Origin: an uncultured Gammaproteobacteria bacterium
GTDB taxonomy: Bacteria; Patescibacteriota; Patescibacteriia; UBA9934; GWF2-40-263
DNA length: 64,000 bases
Assembly (NCBI GenBank): GCA_964399675.1
Contig: CAYNRK010000006.1
Location: 1,886-65,885 of the forward strand
Reading direction: 5' to 3'
Of the stretch, positions 28,424 to 36,884 are shown one piece after another (the first letter of the stretch is position 1; every line of letters starts with the position of its first letter). Below the pieces are notes generated by a model. That model did no database searches and was not told the DNA's origin. It saw only the letters and a list, made by a program, of their open reading frames with translations. A program made the translations under genes and the position numbers.

Positions 28424-29755
28424 ATGCCCAAACATTGGCGACACATTATCTTTTTCCTCTTTGTTCTTGCTTTTTTTATTTCCGCACCGCTTATTGTTTT
28501 ATACACGGCCGGATATCGTTATCATTTTGGAACAAACCAAATCGTACAAACAGGCGTGTTATCAGTTGCTTCTGTACCCCGTTCATCAAATGTAATAATT
28601 GACGGTCAAACAACATCTGAAAAAACACCTGTTGTGTTTGATGATATTTTCCCAGGAGAACATGTTGTTCAAATAGAAAAAGCCGGCTATACAGCCTGGC
28701 AAAAAACAGTTCGTGTAGAAAGCAGAAAGACATCGTTTGCAACAGACGCTGTTCTGTTCTTAAATCAAGTACCCATTAAACAAAATGACCAATCGATTAT
28801 TAAAGGCTCAGTAAATCCAAATCAAACAAGTCTTGCTTATCTTGTAAAAACCAAAACATTCTTGGAACTTCGGGTAATGGAAAATCCCGATCAAGAAGCA
28901 AGGCTGCTTTTAAGAGTGTCTTATGATCCGCATGCAAAGTATGTTCTTGATTGGTCAAAAAATGGTAACCATTTGCTTTTTGATGTTCAGCGCGGACCTT
29001 TACATGAACTTACGCTTATATCACTTATCACCGGCTCGGTTACTGAAGTAAATATTAGTGAGCGTATTTCCAGTTATTGGTGGGATGTGGGAGCAGACGA
29101 AATGCTTTATGTGCGTGGACGTTTTTCTTTGTTTACCTTAAATGCAAACGCAGGCGAACAAACCAGACTGGCACATAATTACATGGCAAGAACATATAAT
29201 GGAAATGAACTCGTGGTTACGCCTTCAAAAAATCAAACAACTGTTTCATTGTCTCAACCGGATGGCAGTTCTAAAATTCTGGCGTACATTCCATTTGGGG
29301 AATATGCTTTTGAAACCGTTCGTGAAGAACTTGTGTTGCTCAGTGAGAAACAAAGTAAAAAAATTGTTCTTTTAAATCCAAAAGATCAGCAGCCAATTCT
29401 TTTTCAAGCAGATGCTAATTTATGGAAGTGGAATAATGAACAAGAACTTCTTGTCTACACTGATGGTTTTGAAATTCAAGTGTTTGATACAAAATCTAAC
29501 AAAAATTATACAGTCACAAGGTCTAGCTCTCGTTTTGACTTTGTCACATGGCACCCTGACCACAACATTCTTTTTGTTGAACAAGACAATACGTTATTTA
29601 CAACCGAATATTTTGGTTCGGAAAAAAATCAAACCCACCTTACTGATGGATTTGATCTTGAACACATTTGGTTTTCAAAAAACAATGATGATTTATTTTT
29701 TGTAACAGTTGAGAATGATCAGCAAGCAATTTATACTCGACACTTACAAAAATAA
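28424..29755 (+). CDS. Membrane-anchored PEGA-domain protein with a C-terminal beta-propeller-like region
   Basis: It has an N-terminal TM. The PEGA-like segment is SNVIIDGQTTSEKTPVVFDDIFPGEHVVQIEKAGYTAWQ. Confidence 0.5.
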   Translation: MPKHWRHIIFFLFVLAFFISAPLIVLYTAGYRYHFGTNQIVQTGVLSVASVPRSSNVIIDGQTTSEKTPVVFDDIFPGEHVVQIEKAGYTAWQKTVRVESRKTSFATDAVLFLNQVPIKQNDQSIIKGSVNPNQTSLAYLVKTKTFLELRVMENPDQEARLLLRVSYDPHAKYVLDWSKNGNHLLFDVQRGPLHELTLISLITGSVTEVNISERISSYWWDVGADEMLYVRGRFSLFTLNANAGEQTRLAHNYMARTYNGNELVVTPSKNQTTVSLSQPDGSSKILAYIPFGEYAFETVREELVLLSEKQSKKIVLLNPKDQQPILFQADANLWKWNNEQELLVYTDGFEIQVFDTKSNKNYTVTRSSSRFDFVTWHPDHNILFVEQDNTLFTTEYFGSEKNQTHLTDGFDLEHIWFSKNNDDLFFVTVENDQQAIYTRHLQK

Positions 29756-29773
29756 TCTTACTGCGCTTTCAGT

Positions 29774-30856
29774 CTATAACTCAACAAAGCTATTGTCTCC
29801 TAAAATGAGTCGATGGCCGGTTTTTGGATGACTCCGACGGTAATCAACCAATGAAGCGTTGAGCCCAATAAGACTATTAACTATCCGACGTGTTGTATCA
29901 ATAGTTGCGCCATCAAAAACAATGGAATGTTCAACTTCTGTGTGTGTGATTGTGACGTTGTTTCCAATGGCTGAGTAAGGGCCAATATAACTTGAAGTTA
30001 CAACACAATTCTCTCCAATTACAACCGGACCGCGAATAAGTGTGTCCGGACTTATTGTTGAACCTTTCCCAATGCTTACCAAACCTTGAACTTGCGCATT
30101 CTCTGGCACATTGCAATCAACACAAAAATCTTCACGACTCAGATCATCCATGATAAGTGCGTTCCCTTCAATCAGAGCGTCCGGTGTTCCAGTATCTTTC
30201 CACCAACCTGTAATCTCTTCATGTCCGGTTTTTCCATTTCGAATATACCAAGTGATAATATCAGTGATCTCGTACTCACCTCGTCCTGAGGGCTGTAATG
30301 TTTTAAAAGCTTCAAAAAACTTTTCATCAAATAAATAAATACCTGTTACAGCATACGGTGATGGGGGGTCTTTTGGTTTTTCAACAGTGCGTCTGAGTGT
30401 TCCGTCGTTATCAAACTCAGCAACTCCAAATCTTTGAGGGTCTTTTACATGGGACAGTGCAATCATGCAATCAAGATCCTCATTTTGAAATCGGTCAACA
30501 AATCGATTAATACTTCCGAGAATTATATTATCTCCCAAGAAAAACAAAAATCTTTCTCCTCGCAAATGTTCTTCAGCGTTTGCTACAACGTGTGCCAGAC
30601 CTTTGGCACCGCCGCGTTGTTCAACATATTTAATTTGAGCTCCAAATTCAGATCCGTTTCCAAACGCCTCGTACATCATTTCAATCTCACCTGGATTCAC
30701 ATTGATAATAAGATCTTTGATTCCAGCATTTGTAATTTTCTTAATGACATACCAAAGCATTGGCTTATTTGCCATTGGAATCAGGTGCTTGTTTCTAGTC
30801 CATGTGATGGGGCGAAGTCTTGTTGCATGCCCACCTGCTGCAATAAGTGCTTTCAT
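29774..30856 (-). CDS. rmlA: Glucose-1-phosphate thymidylyltransferase, long form (nucleotidyltransferase + left-handed beta-helix)
   Basis: It reads MKALIAAGGHATRLRPIT...KHLIP (the sugar-nucleotidyl transferase signature). It is 360 aa with C-terminal hexapeptide-like repeats. Confidence 0.7.
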   Translation of the reverse strand: MKALIAAGGHATRLRPITWTRNKHLIPMANKPMLWYVIKKITNAGIKDLIINVNPGEIEMMYEAFGNGSEFGAQIKYVEQRGGAKGLAHVVANAEEHLRGERFLFFLGDNIILGSINRFVDRFQNEDLDCMIALSHVKDPQRFGVAEFDNDGTLRRTVEKPKDPPSPYAVTGIYLFDEKFFEAFKTLQPSGRGEYEITDIITWYIRNGKTGHEEITGWWKDTGTPDALIEGNALIMDDLSREDFCVDCNVPENAQVQGLVSIGKGSTISPDTLIRGPVVIGENCVVTSSYIGPYSAIGNNVTITHTEVEHSIVFDGATIDTTRRIVNSLIGLNASLVDYRRSHPKTGHRLILGDNSFVEL

Positions 30857-30952
30857 AAAATATAAGTCAAAATTACATTGGCCACTTTACGCCTTTGAAA
30901 AACAAGCGTCAATAAGTTGCTTGACGAACTTTGGGGTTCATAAAAAGACACC

Positions 30953-30981
30953 TTGACGCAATCAAGAAAATAAATTACTCT
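30953..30981 (+). promoter_or_regulatory. Candidate promoter TTGACG-17-TACTCT for cassette 4
   Basis: The -35 is near-consensus and the spacer is 17 nt. A second TTGACG lies at 30921. Confidence 0.3.
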
Positions 30982-31019
30982 TCTTTTCTGACGGACTGGC
31001 TGTCACCACGGAGGAACTC

Positions 31020-31634
31020 ATGACTGTCTGGATCTCGCTCGAAGAAGCAAGAAAAAGGCTTGGCGATGACGTTGTCATCTGCCTGGAGCCCGAAGGAGTG
31101 CCTGACATCGAGGATGAAGGGAGACCTGAAAGAAAGAGCCTGGCTGACAAGCTTCCTGGGCTCTGGGTGTTCGATCCGAGAACGGGTCGGATCCAGCGCG
31201 GAGACGGCAAGTTCCACGCAGCCGGAGTGGTCAAGCACCCGGGCGGCTGGAACCTGGCCGCGGTCATCGAGGAGCCGAGCGTGGAACCGCCCGAAGAGGG
31301 TCCACACGTAGTCGGTCACGTGATCGTGGAGGTCAACCCGCGTGGGTTCGTGCGCAGACGGCTGGGCAAAGGCCTCAGCGGCGCGATCCACGAGCTCATG
31401 CCAAGCTCGATCAGCAAGGGCGAAGGTGCTGGTGAGGAGGAAGAACCGGTCGGCTACTTCGAGGCCAACTGCCAGCGCATCTGCGGCTCGATCGCGGTGT
31501 ATCTGCGTGAGGTCGACTTCCCGGACGACGAAGGCATGACTCCGGAGAGGTTCCGGAAGTGCTCCGAGGACGGACGTTCGCTCAGCGCGCTCGCAGTCGC
31601 TGGTCTGCTGCACGGGAGCCCTGTCACGGGCTAG
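31020..31634 (+). CDS. Hypothetical protein (204 aa), GC-rich cassette 4
   Basis: ATG lies 5 nt after GGAGGA. Codons are GC3-rich (about 65% GC by eye). The antisense 221-aa ORF is a GC artifact. Confidence 0.55.
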   Translation: MTVWISLEEARKRLGDDVVICLEPEGVPDIEDEGRPERKSLADKLPGLWVFDPRTGRIQRGDGKFHAAGVVKHPGGWNLAAVIEEPSVEPPEEGPHVVGHVIVEVNPRGFVRRRLGKGLSGAIHELMPSSISKGEGAGEEEEPVGYFEANCQRICGSIAVYLREVDFPDDEGMTPERFRKCSEDGRSLSALAVAGLLHGSPVTG

Positions 31635-31663
31635 AAACACTCGACACTCAACATCTCTCTCCT

Positions 31664-31691
31664 ACGGGCTTCCCCAGCCCGTTTTCATTTT
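31664..31691 (+). terminator. Intrinsic terminator of cassette 4
   Basis: ACGGGC-ttcccca-GCCCGT is followed by TTTCATTTT. Confidence 0.5.
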
Positions 31692-31815
31692 GAAAATTGA
31701 ACCAGGTGCATAAGCATCAAAAATAACTGTCACCAAATAGATCCATAATTTACATTACAAAAGAAGCTGGCGAGCAAAGAATTCTGTGCACAAACAAAAA
31801 CAACCCTTTCGGAAC

Positions 31816-31837
31816 AATCCTAACGATCGTTAGGATT
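31816..31837. promoter_or_regulatory. Perfect 22-bp palindrome AATCCTAACGATCGTTAGGATT abutting the stop codon of the wHTH/Cas2-like gene
   Basis: It is exactly self-complementary. A near-identical copy lies at the gene's start (32365-32386). Confidence 0.6.
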
Positions 31838-31838
31838 G

Positions 31839-32357
31839 TTAGAGAATTTTTCCCTCCACCACCTTCGCCCATTCTCCAATTCCAATCTCATCAAGGAGCT
31901 GCCTCATCTCATCGGTAACAGCCTTTCTTGTTCCCCAAATACTTTTTTGAATTTGTACAAAACCAGCTTTCTTTAAATATTTACGAAAAAGATCACGAGT
32001 TTTTCGAACATCTTCTGGAATGTCAAAGATGATCAGACAGTATTCATCATCAAAGAGTTCGTTTTGTTCTAAAAGAATTCTGTCTTTCAATGACTGTACT
32101 AGACCCTTTTTTGTTAATTGAAACTCAATACGGTCGCCTTTTTCTAGTATTTCAATTAGACCCCTTTCAATGAGTTGATACTCAAGCTCGAGATGATTTA
32201 TCTTCGCTTTTCTTTTCCTATAAAAATCAAATTCCCGAGCCATTGCTCTGACACCAGTACCTGAACACGGGTAGGAATAAGGATGCGATTTTTCCAATCT
32301 TTGTATTCTGTTAGTCAACTTTTGAAGTTGATATCGAGTATTTGGAATTTTAGACAT
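31839..32357 (-). CDS. Putative transcriptional regulator: N-terminal winged-helix-like region plus a C-terminal Cas2/VapD-like domain (paralog of 49589-50134)
   Basis: The ATG start is at 32357 (MSKIPNT). The C-terminal pattern YCLIIFDIPEDVRKTRDLFRKYLKKAGFVQIQKSIWGT resembles the Cas2 beta1-alpha1 core. Its composition is AT-rich like the host. Cognate palindromes lie at both ends. Confidence 0.45.
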   Translation of the reverse strand: MSKIPNTRYQLQKLTNRIQRLEKSHPYSYPCSGTGVRAMAREFDFYRKRKAKINHLELEYQLIERGLIEILEKGDRIEFQLTKKGLVQSLKDRILLEQNELFDDEYCLIIFDIPEDVRKTRDLFRKYLKKAGFVQIQKSIWGTRKAVTDEMRQLLDEIGIGEWAKVVEGKIL

Positions 32358-32364
32358 AAGCAAA

Positions 32365-32386
32365 AATCCTAACGATCGTTATGATT
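32365..32386. promoter_or_regulatory. Second copy of the 22-bp palindrome (AATCCTAACGATCGTTATGATT), 8 bp upstream of the regulator start codon
   Basis: It differs by one base from 31816-31837. It overlaps the expected RBS/promoter and is a likely autoregulatory operator. Confidence 0.55.
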
Positions 32387-32530
32387 TCTCTGAAACAGTG
32401 TGGGAAGAGCTAAACGAAAAACTCCCCACCACTACTAATGGAAGGGAGTATTTATTATAATTACATATTAGCAATTTTTTTTGAATCTGTCAATGTGTAT
32501 GACAACTAATTTTCATAAAAAAACAAAATT

Positions 32531-32567
32531 CAGATAACAAGAAAACCACCAGGACAATACCTTGGTG
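32531..32567 (-). terminator. Intrinsic terminator of cassette 5 (minus strand)
   Basis: The stem CCACCAAGG/CCTGGTGG is followed by TTTTCTTGTT on the minus strand. Confidence 0.45.
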
Positions 32568-32581
32568 GCCGTACGTCTTGC

Positions 32582-33307
32582 TCAGACGAGCAAGGACATG
32601 ACTGCGCGCATGTGACCGCTGAGAAAGCCAGCTGCCCTTGCTTCGCGCAGGACACTGCGAGTGATCCAGGCGAAGTTCTCGGGCTGACCGGTCTTTTTGA
32701 CTTCTTGGTTGACCAGACCCTCATCAGCCACACGAATGTGTCCGTACTTGTTGACCTTTTCGAAGTGTCGACCCCCGTCTTCGACTGCGTCCTCCCAGGC
32801 AATATGCGACGCCCATCCCACCTTCTGTGGAGATAGAACCAGGTCAGCAAACGGAACAGGCTTGATGGGCCGACCTCCACGATCCAGCTCCCCTTGCAGT
32901 GCCTTGCGATGATGATCCAGATTGGATTGTGAGAACTGCACTGGTGGGGCAACAAGGACTCGTGTGTTGCGACCTTGGGGCACTTCGATTCCAATGTTGC
33001 CTGGCTCAGCAAGCATGCGCACAAGGATCCTGTTGGGCTCGTGCACGATCAAGGCAACGAACCCCTTTCCAACCGTGAAAAGCATGGGCTGCTTCCAGCT
33101 CGCAACCTCTCGACCGGCCGCACCGGCGATCCTTACACCACGCACGCTGTAGAAGCGTCCATCAGGACGCATGAGCCCGGCGTCGGAAACCTTCCAGTCT
33201 GGCCTGAGCCACGAAATGGAGCATTCTTCCGACGCCATTGCCAGCGCATCCGCACGCTTATGAGCGAAAGTGAAAAAAGACGGCATATTGGTAAAGGTCT
33301 TAACCAT
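32582..33307 (-). CDS. Hypothetical protein (241 aa), GC-rich cassette 5
   Basis: ATG at 33307 lies 8 nt after AAGGAGA. GC is about 62% by eye. It is inserted within the dTDP-sugar gene cluster. Confidence 0.55.
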   Translation of the reverse strand: MVKTFTNMPSFFTFAHKRADALAMASEECSISWLRPDWKVSDAGLMRPDGRFYSVRGVRIAGAAGREVASWKQPMLFTVGKGFVALIVHEPNRILVRMLAEPGNIGIEVPQGRNTRVLVAPPVQFSQSNLDHHRKALQGELDRGGRPIKPVPFADLVLSPQKVGWASHIAWEDAVEDGGRHFEKVNKYGHIRVADEGLVNQEVKKTGQPENFAWITRSVLREARAAGFLSGHMRAVMSLLV

Positions 33308-33333
33308 GATCACTGTCTCCTTGCTGAAAAGAA

Positions 33334-33362
33334 AAATTAGCAGTCTTTATCAAAATTGTCAA
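33334..33362 (-). promoter_or_regulatory. Promoter TTGACA-17-TAATTT (minus strand) for cassette 5
   Basis: The reverse complement of 33357-33362 is TTGACA. The spacer is 17 nt and the -10 TAATTT is identical to the -10 at 23491. Confidence 0.5.
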
Positions 33363-33363
33363 T

Positions 33364-33391
33364 CAAAAAAGAGCCGTTCGGCTCTTTTTTA
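33364..33391. terminator. Bidirectional intrinsic terminator after rmlD
   Basis: AAAAAAGAGCCGTTCGGCTCTTTTTT. Confidence 0.6.
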
Positions 33392-33401
33392 TTTATTTAT
33401 T

Positions 33402-34259
33402 TTATTCTCCCCTTTTTGCTTTTGCGTACTTTTCTAATGTGTCTCTTAATGCCTCTTGTACAGATCTCATTGCTATTCCAAATTCTCCCAATCGCGTGCT
33501 TTTCAAAAAGTTGTTTGACCGTCCTTTCTTTGCCAACCCTTGTTTTACTAAATCATCATTTGAAATCCATTCACACGAATGATTCTGATCCACTAATTCC
33601 TTATACAATCCAAGCAGCTCTCTGTGTCTCATGGTTCCTGGATTAGTAACATGGAAAATTCCTTCGGCTCGTTTGCTAAGAAGCTGATAAAAAACATCAA
33701 CCATATCATCAACAATTGAAACTGAATTTTCAACATCAATTACTTTTTCAAAACCCGCGAGCTTATCAATCAAATTTCCTGAAGATGGCTTCCAATCTAT
33801 TGGCATACGAATTCGTCCGATCCCAACATTAGGAAGTGTTGAAAGAACCAAGTCAGCTGCAAACTTTGCTCGTGAATAAACAGGACGCGGGTTTCCAAAA
33901 TCATCCTCGCGCCATGCATTATCTTCGTGCGGCGAGTGTCCATAAAAAATACATCCGGAACCAATGTGCAGCAAATACTTCCCTGTCTCTGCACACGCTT
34001 GCGCAAGCATAATAGGAAGCACAGTGTTTCCTTCAATCGTTTCCAGTTGATGATCTTCACACCAGTCCACGTTTGGTTTTCCTTTTACACCAGCCGCATT
34101 AAAAACAACATCCGGCTGCGTTCTGTTAATTTCATCAATTGCGTCCTGCACGCTCTTTACGTTCACGGGCGAAATAAAAGCTTCATCCCCCCAAGCCTCC
34201 TTACAACGATTACCAATGTAACCGTTTCCAAAAATCAAAATTTTCATAGTTTTTGTCAT
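33402..34259 (-). CDS. rmlD: dTDP-4-dehydrorhamnose reductase-like NAD(P)-dependent reductase
   Basis: The start is ATG at 34259 (MTKTMKILIFG) or 34247. It has an N-terminal Rossmann fold and the YSRAK (YxxxK) motif. It is adjacent to rmlB. The ORF-track N-terminal extension reads through repeat A2. Confidence 0.6.
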   Translation of the reverse strand: MTKTMKILIFGNGYIGNRCKEAWGDEAFISPVNVKSVQDAIDEINRTQPDVVFNAAGVKGKPNVDWCEDHQLETIEGNTVLPIMLAQACAETGKYLLHIGSGCIFYGHSPHEDNAWREDDFGNPRPVYSRAKFAADLVLSTLPNVGIGRIRMPIDWKPSSGNLIDKLAGFEKVIDVENSVSIVDDMVDVFYQLLSKRAEGIFHVTNPGTMRHRELLGLYKELVDQNHSCEWISNDDLVKQGLAKKGRSNNFLKSTRLGEFGIAMRSVQEALRDTLEKYAKAKRGE

Positions 34260-34348
34260 TTCGAGCGAGCTAGGTGAGCCGAGAAATCTCGCATTCCAGA
34301 TCTCTCCGCTCCCCACGATCCTTCGGATCGGGGTCGGTCGAGATGACA
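34254..34348. repeat. Family-A palindromic repeat, copy 2 (fills the rmlB-stop/rmlD-start gap exactly)
   Basis: The ends are TGTCATTTCGAGCGA ... TCGGTCGAGATGACA. Confidence 0.6.
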
Positions 34349-34353
34349 TGCTG

Positions 34354-35358
34354 TTATCTTAAATTATATTGCTGTTTGTAATAATCTTTATAAGCACCTG
34401 AACGGCATCTATCAATCCACTCTTGATTGTCTTTTAACCATTGCACTGTTTGACCCAATCCTTCATCAAAATTTACTTTTGGTTCCCAGCCAAGTTCTGT
34501 TCTTAACTTCTGACTGTTTAATGCATATCGTCGATCATGCCCGGCCCGATCTTTTACATATTCAATATGAGATTCATCTCGTCCTGTAAGTCCAATCATC
34601 TTTCTTACAATATCCAGGTTTGGCACGCGATACCCTGTTCCAATGTTATAAGCTTCGCCAAGGTTGCCTTTTTGCGCAATCAAGTCAATTGCCCTGCAAT
34701 GATCTTCTGTAAAAATCCATTCACGGATTTGCATTCCATCTCCATAAACAGGAACGATTTTACCATTAAATAAATTGGATGTAAACAATGGGATCAGCTT
34801 TTCAGGAAATTGATATGGGCCATAAAAATTAACAGAGTGAGTGATAATAACCGGAGTTCCATAAGTTATTGCATAAGCGTGGCACATATGATCAGCCGCA
34901 GCTTTTGAAGCCGAGTATGGGCTTCTTGGCTCAAATGGCGAACCCTCTTCTGACTCCCCTTCCATAACAGCGCCATAAACTTCGTCTGTTGAAATGTGAA
35001 CCATACGAGGAATGTTGTGTTTGCGAACACCCTCAAGCAATGTGTAAACGCCATAGATATTTGTATCAACAAATGCACGAGGTTCTAAAATTGATCGATC
35101 AACATGAGTCTCAGCAGCATAGTTGATAATCAGATCAACGCCTTTTGATAAAACCTGGTCCACATCATTTTCGTTTGCAATATCACCTTTTACAAATTGA
35201 TAACGCTTGTCGTTTTCAATCTCTTTGAGATTTTCAAGATTTCCAGCGTAAGTTAGTTTGTCAAAGTTAACAACTTCAACATCGTCATATTTTTTTAACA
35301 AATAGTGGATCATGTTTGTTCCCATGAATCCAGCTCCTCCGGTGATCAATATTTTCAT
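34354..35358 (-). CDS. rmlB: dTDP-glucose 4,6-dehydratase
   Basis: It reads MKILITGGAGFMGTN..., has the YSASKAAADH catalytic YxxxK and is 334 aa. Confidence 0.8.
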   Translation of the reverse strand: MKILITGGAGFMGTNMIHYLLKKYDDVEVVNFDKLTYAGNLENLKEIENDKRYQFVKGDIANENDVDQVLSKGVDLIINYAAETHVDRSILEPRAFVDTNIYGVYTLLEGVRKHNIPRMVHISTDEVYGAVMEGESEEGSPFEPRSPYSASKAAADHMCHAYAITYGTPVIITHSVNFYGPYQFPEKLIPLFTSNLFNGKIVPVYGDGMQIREWIFTEDHCRAIDLIAQKGNLGEAYNIGTGYRVPNLDIVRKMIGLTGRDESHIEYVKDRAGHDRRYALNSQKLRTELGWEPKVNFDEGLGQTVQWLKDNQEWIDRCRSGAYKDYYKQQYNLR

Positions 35359-35894
35359 ATGTTCAAATGTTTTTTAACCAAATACCAGGATGAGATCACT
35401 GTTCCGTCCCAAATATCTCCACTCTGAATTGCTTCATCGATTTGTTCTGCTGTCATTTCAATAATATCTATCTCTTCATTGTCTTCTAATTTTTGTTTTG
35501 CTGGCTCAAGATCTGTTGCCAAATAAACTATTCCCCGTTCTTTTGAAATAGATGGAGCTGATGCTTTCCACCCGATTCTAACGATTTTATTTGGCTTATA
35601 CCCAGCCTCTTCAATGCACTCTCTTACAAATGCCTCATCTGGAGTTTCGTCTTTTTCAATCCCACCAGCTGGAATAGCAACAGAAATCTTGTCAAACAAA
35701 TATCTATATTCTTTAAGCATTATAAAGTTGCCGTTTTCTTTTTGAAGAAAACCTTCAACATACTCTGTGCCGTATGCATTTGCATGATAGTAATATGTTC
35801 GTTTCTGACCATCAACCTCATAATCATCAACTAAAAATCGTATGTGATCGTTTTCAATCACTGGTTCTGTTTTAATTGTTTTCCATTTTTTCAT
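35355..35894 (-). CDS. NUDIX hydrolase (ADP-sugar/NDP-sugar pyrophosphatase-like)
   Basis: The Nudix box is GGIEKDETPDEAFVRECIEEAGY. The start is ATG at 35894. The earlier ATG at 35909 lies inside repeat A3. Confidence 0.6.
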   Translation of the reverse strand: MKKWKTIKTEPVIENDHIRFLVDDYEVDGQKRTYYYHANAYGTEYVEGFLQKENGNFIMLKEYRYLFDKISVAIPAGGIEKDETPDEAFVRECIEEAGYKPNKIVRIGWKASAPSISKERGIVYLATDLEPAKQKLEDNEEIDIIEMTAEQIDEAIQSGDIWDGTVISSWYLVKKHLNI

Positions 35895-35903
35895 ATTCAC
35901 TTC

Positions 35904-35994
35904 TGTCATCCCGAGCGACCCCGGCGCAGCCGGGGGAGCCGAAGGATCTCGAATTTGAGATTTCTCCGCTCGCTAGTGCTCGGTCGAAATGACA
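35904..35994. repeat. Family-A palindromic repeat, copy 3 (overlaps the last codons of the HIT gene)
   Basis: The ends are TGTCATCCCGAGCGA ... GCTCGGTCGAAATGACA, in reverse-complement orientation relative to copy 1. Confidence 0.6.
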
Positions 35995-36389
35995 GATCTA
36001 ATCTGATTAGCGATTTTTTCAAGCTCCTCTGGATCCCCTTGTTTTTGCGGCCACATTTTCAATCCATCATCTTTGAATCTAGGAACAATGTGAACGTGTG
36101 TGTGAAAAACCGATTGCCCAGCTGCCTCGCCAATGTTTGAAGTAACATTTAGTCCGTCAGCATTTGTGATTTTTTGAATTATTGGACCCAACTTTCTAAC
36201 AGTTGCAAAAACATGGTTCATGTCCTCTTCTGAAGATTCAAACATATTTGCTTTTTCGTTTTTTGGAACAACAAGCACATGACCATTGTGCACTGGAAAC
36301 GCATCCAAAAACGCAACCGTGTACTCGTCCTCATAAATGATCTGTGCGGGAATTTCTTTATTTATAATTTTTGTGAAAATAGATGACAT
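35973..36389 (-). CDS. HIT-family hydrolase (histidine triad protein)
   Basis: The HTHVHIVPR histidine triad is present. Confidence 0.7.
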   Translation of the reverse strand: MSSIFTKIINKEIPAQIIYEDEYTVAFLDAFPVHNGHVLVVPKNEKANMFESSEEDMNHVFATVRKLGPIIQKITNADGLNVTSNIGEAAGQSVFHTHVHIVPRFKDDGLKMWPQKQGDPEELEKIANQIRSVISTEH

Positions 36390-36398
36390 ATTTATATT

Positions 36399-36516
36399 TG
36401 GATCGCTTCTGGATCGCTACCCGGTAGTCTGGATCGCTACCCGGTAGTCTGGATCGCTACCCGGTAGCGGTTTAAGCCTTTAAAAATGGGCCCAGACCGC
36501 TATCGGGTAGCGATTC
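36399..36516. repeat. Three perfect tandem copies of the 20-bp unit TGGATCGCTACCCGGTAGTC (the last copy ends in CG) plus one inverted partner (CTATCGGGTAGCGATT); each unit contains the near-palindrome GCTACCCGGTAGC
   Basis: I read the direct repeats at 36410-36469, the partial unit at 36400 and the inverted copy at 36500-36516. The array lies in the HIT gene's upstream region. Confidence 0.6.
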
Positions 36517-36518
36517 TT

Positions 36519-36884
36519 TTATTTTGATCTTAAAAGTCCAAGAAAAAATAATGGAATGATGAGCCCCAAAAGACTCACGAAAAATCGATTTGTACCAAGC
36601 CCCTCACCAGTAAGCCAGATTATCATAGATAAAAATATTCCAAAAGCAACAGCAACCAGCAATTGAATCTTTGGCCGATCTTGATAAGTTCTGACCGAAA
36701 TTGACCACCAGTAGCCAAACACCAAACTAAAAAACAGAAAAATATGCACTGAAAAATATCTTGCAACAAAGCCGGATCGTATTGTGTCAAAAAGCCAAAA
36801 AGTAACATAAGAAACCAGGCTTGTTAAAAATCCTGTTTTTGCAATCTGCGCCTGCCACTTTCCTTTTTTTAAAAACATATTCAA
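36519..36884 (-). CDS. Small polytopic membrane protein (121 aa)
   Basis: The ORF is hydrophobic and overlaps the upstream gene by 4 nt. Confidence 0.4.
   Translation of the reverse strand: MNMFLKKGKWQAQIAKTGFLTSLVSYVTFWLFDTIRSGFVARYFSVHIFLFFSLVFGYWWSISVRTYQDRPKIQLLVAVAFGIFLSMIIWLTGEGLGTNRFFVSLLGLIIPLFFLGLLRSK

Noticed and set aside
30975-31640. 221-aa minus-strand ORF antisense to cassette 4
   Set aside because: Same high-GC artifact. The plus-strand ORF has GGAGGA + ATG and a downstream terminator.
34260-34349. ORF-track N-terminal extension of rmlD (MSSRPTPIRRIVGSGEIW...) and of the nudix gene at 35909
   Set aside because: It reads through family-A repeat copies. ATGACA in the repeat terminus supplies a fortuitous in-frame ATG.
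36399-36470. Possible CRISPR array
   Set aside because: The identical 20-bp units are directly abutting with no spacers, and no cas genes are nearby. It is a tandem repeat or operator array.
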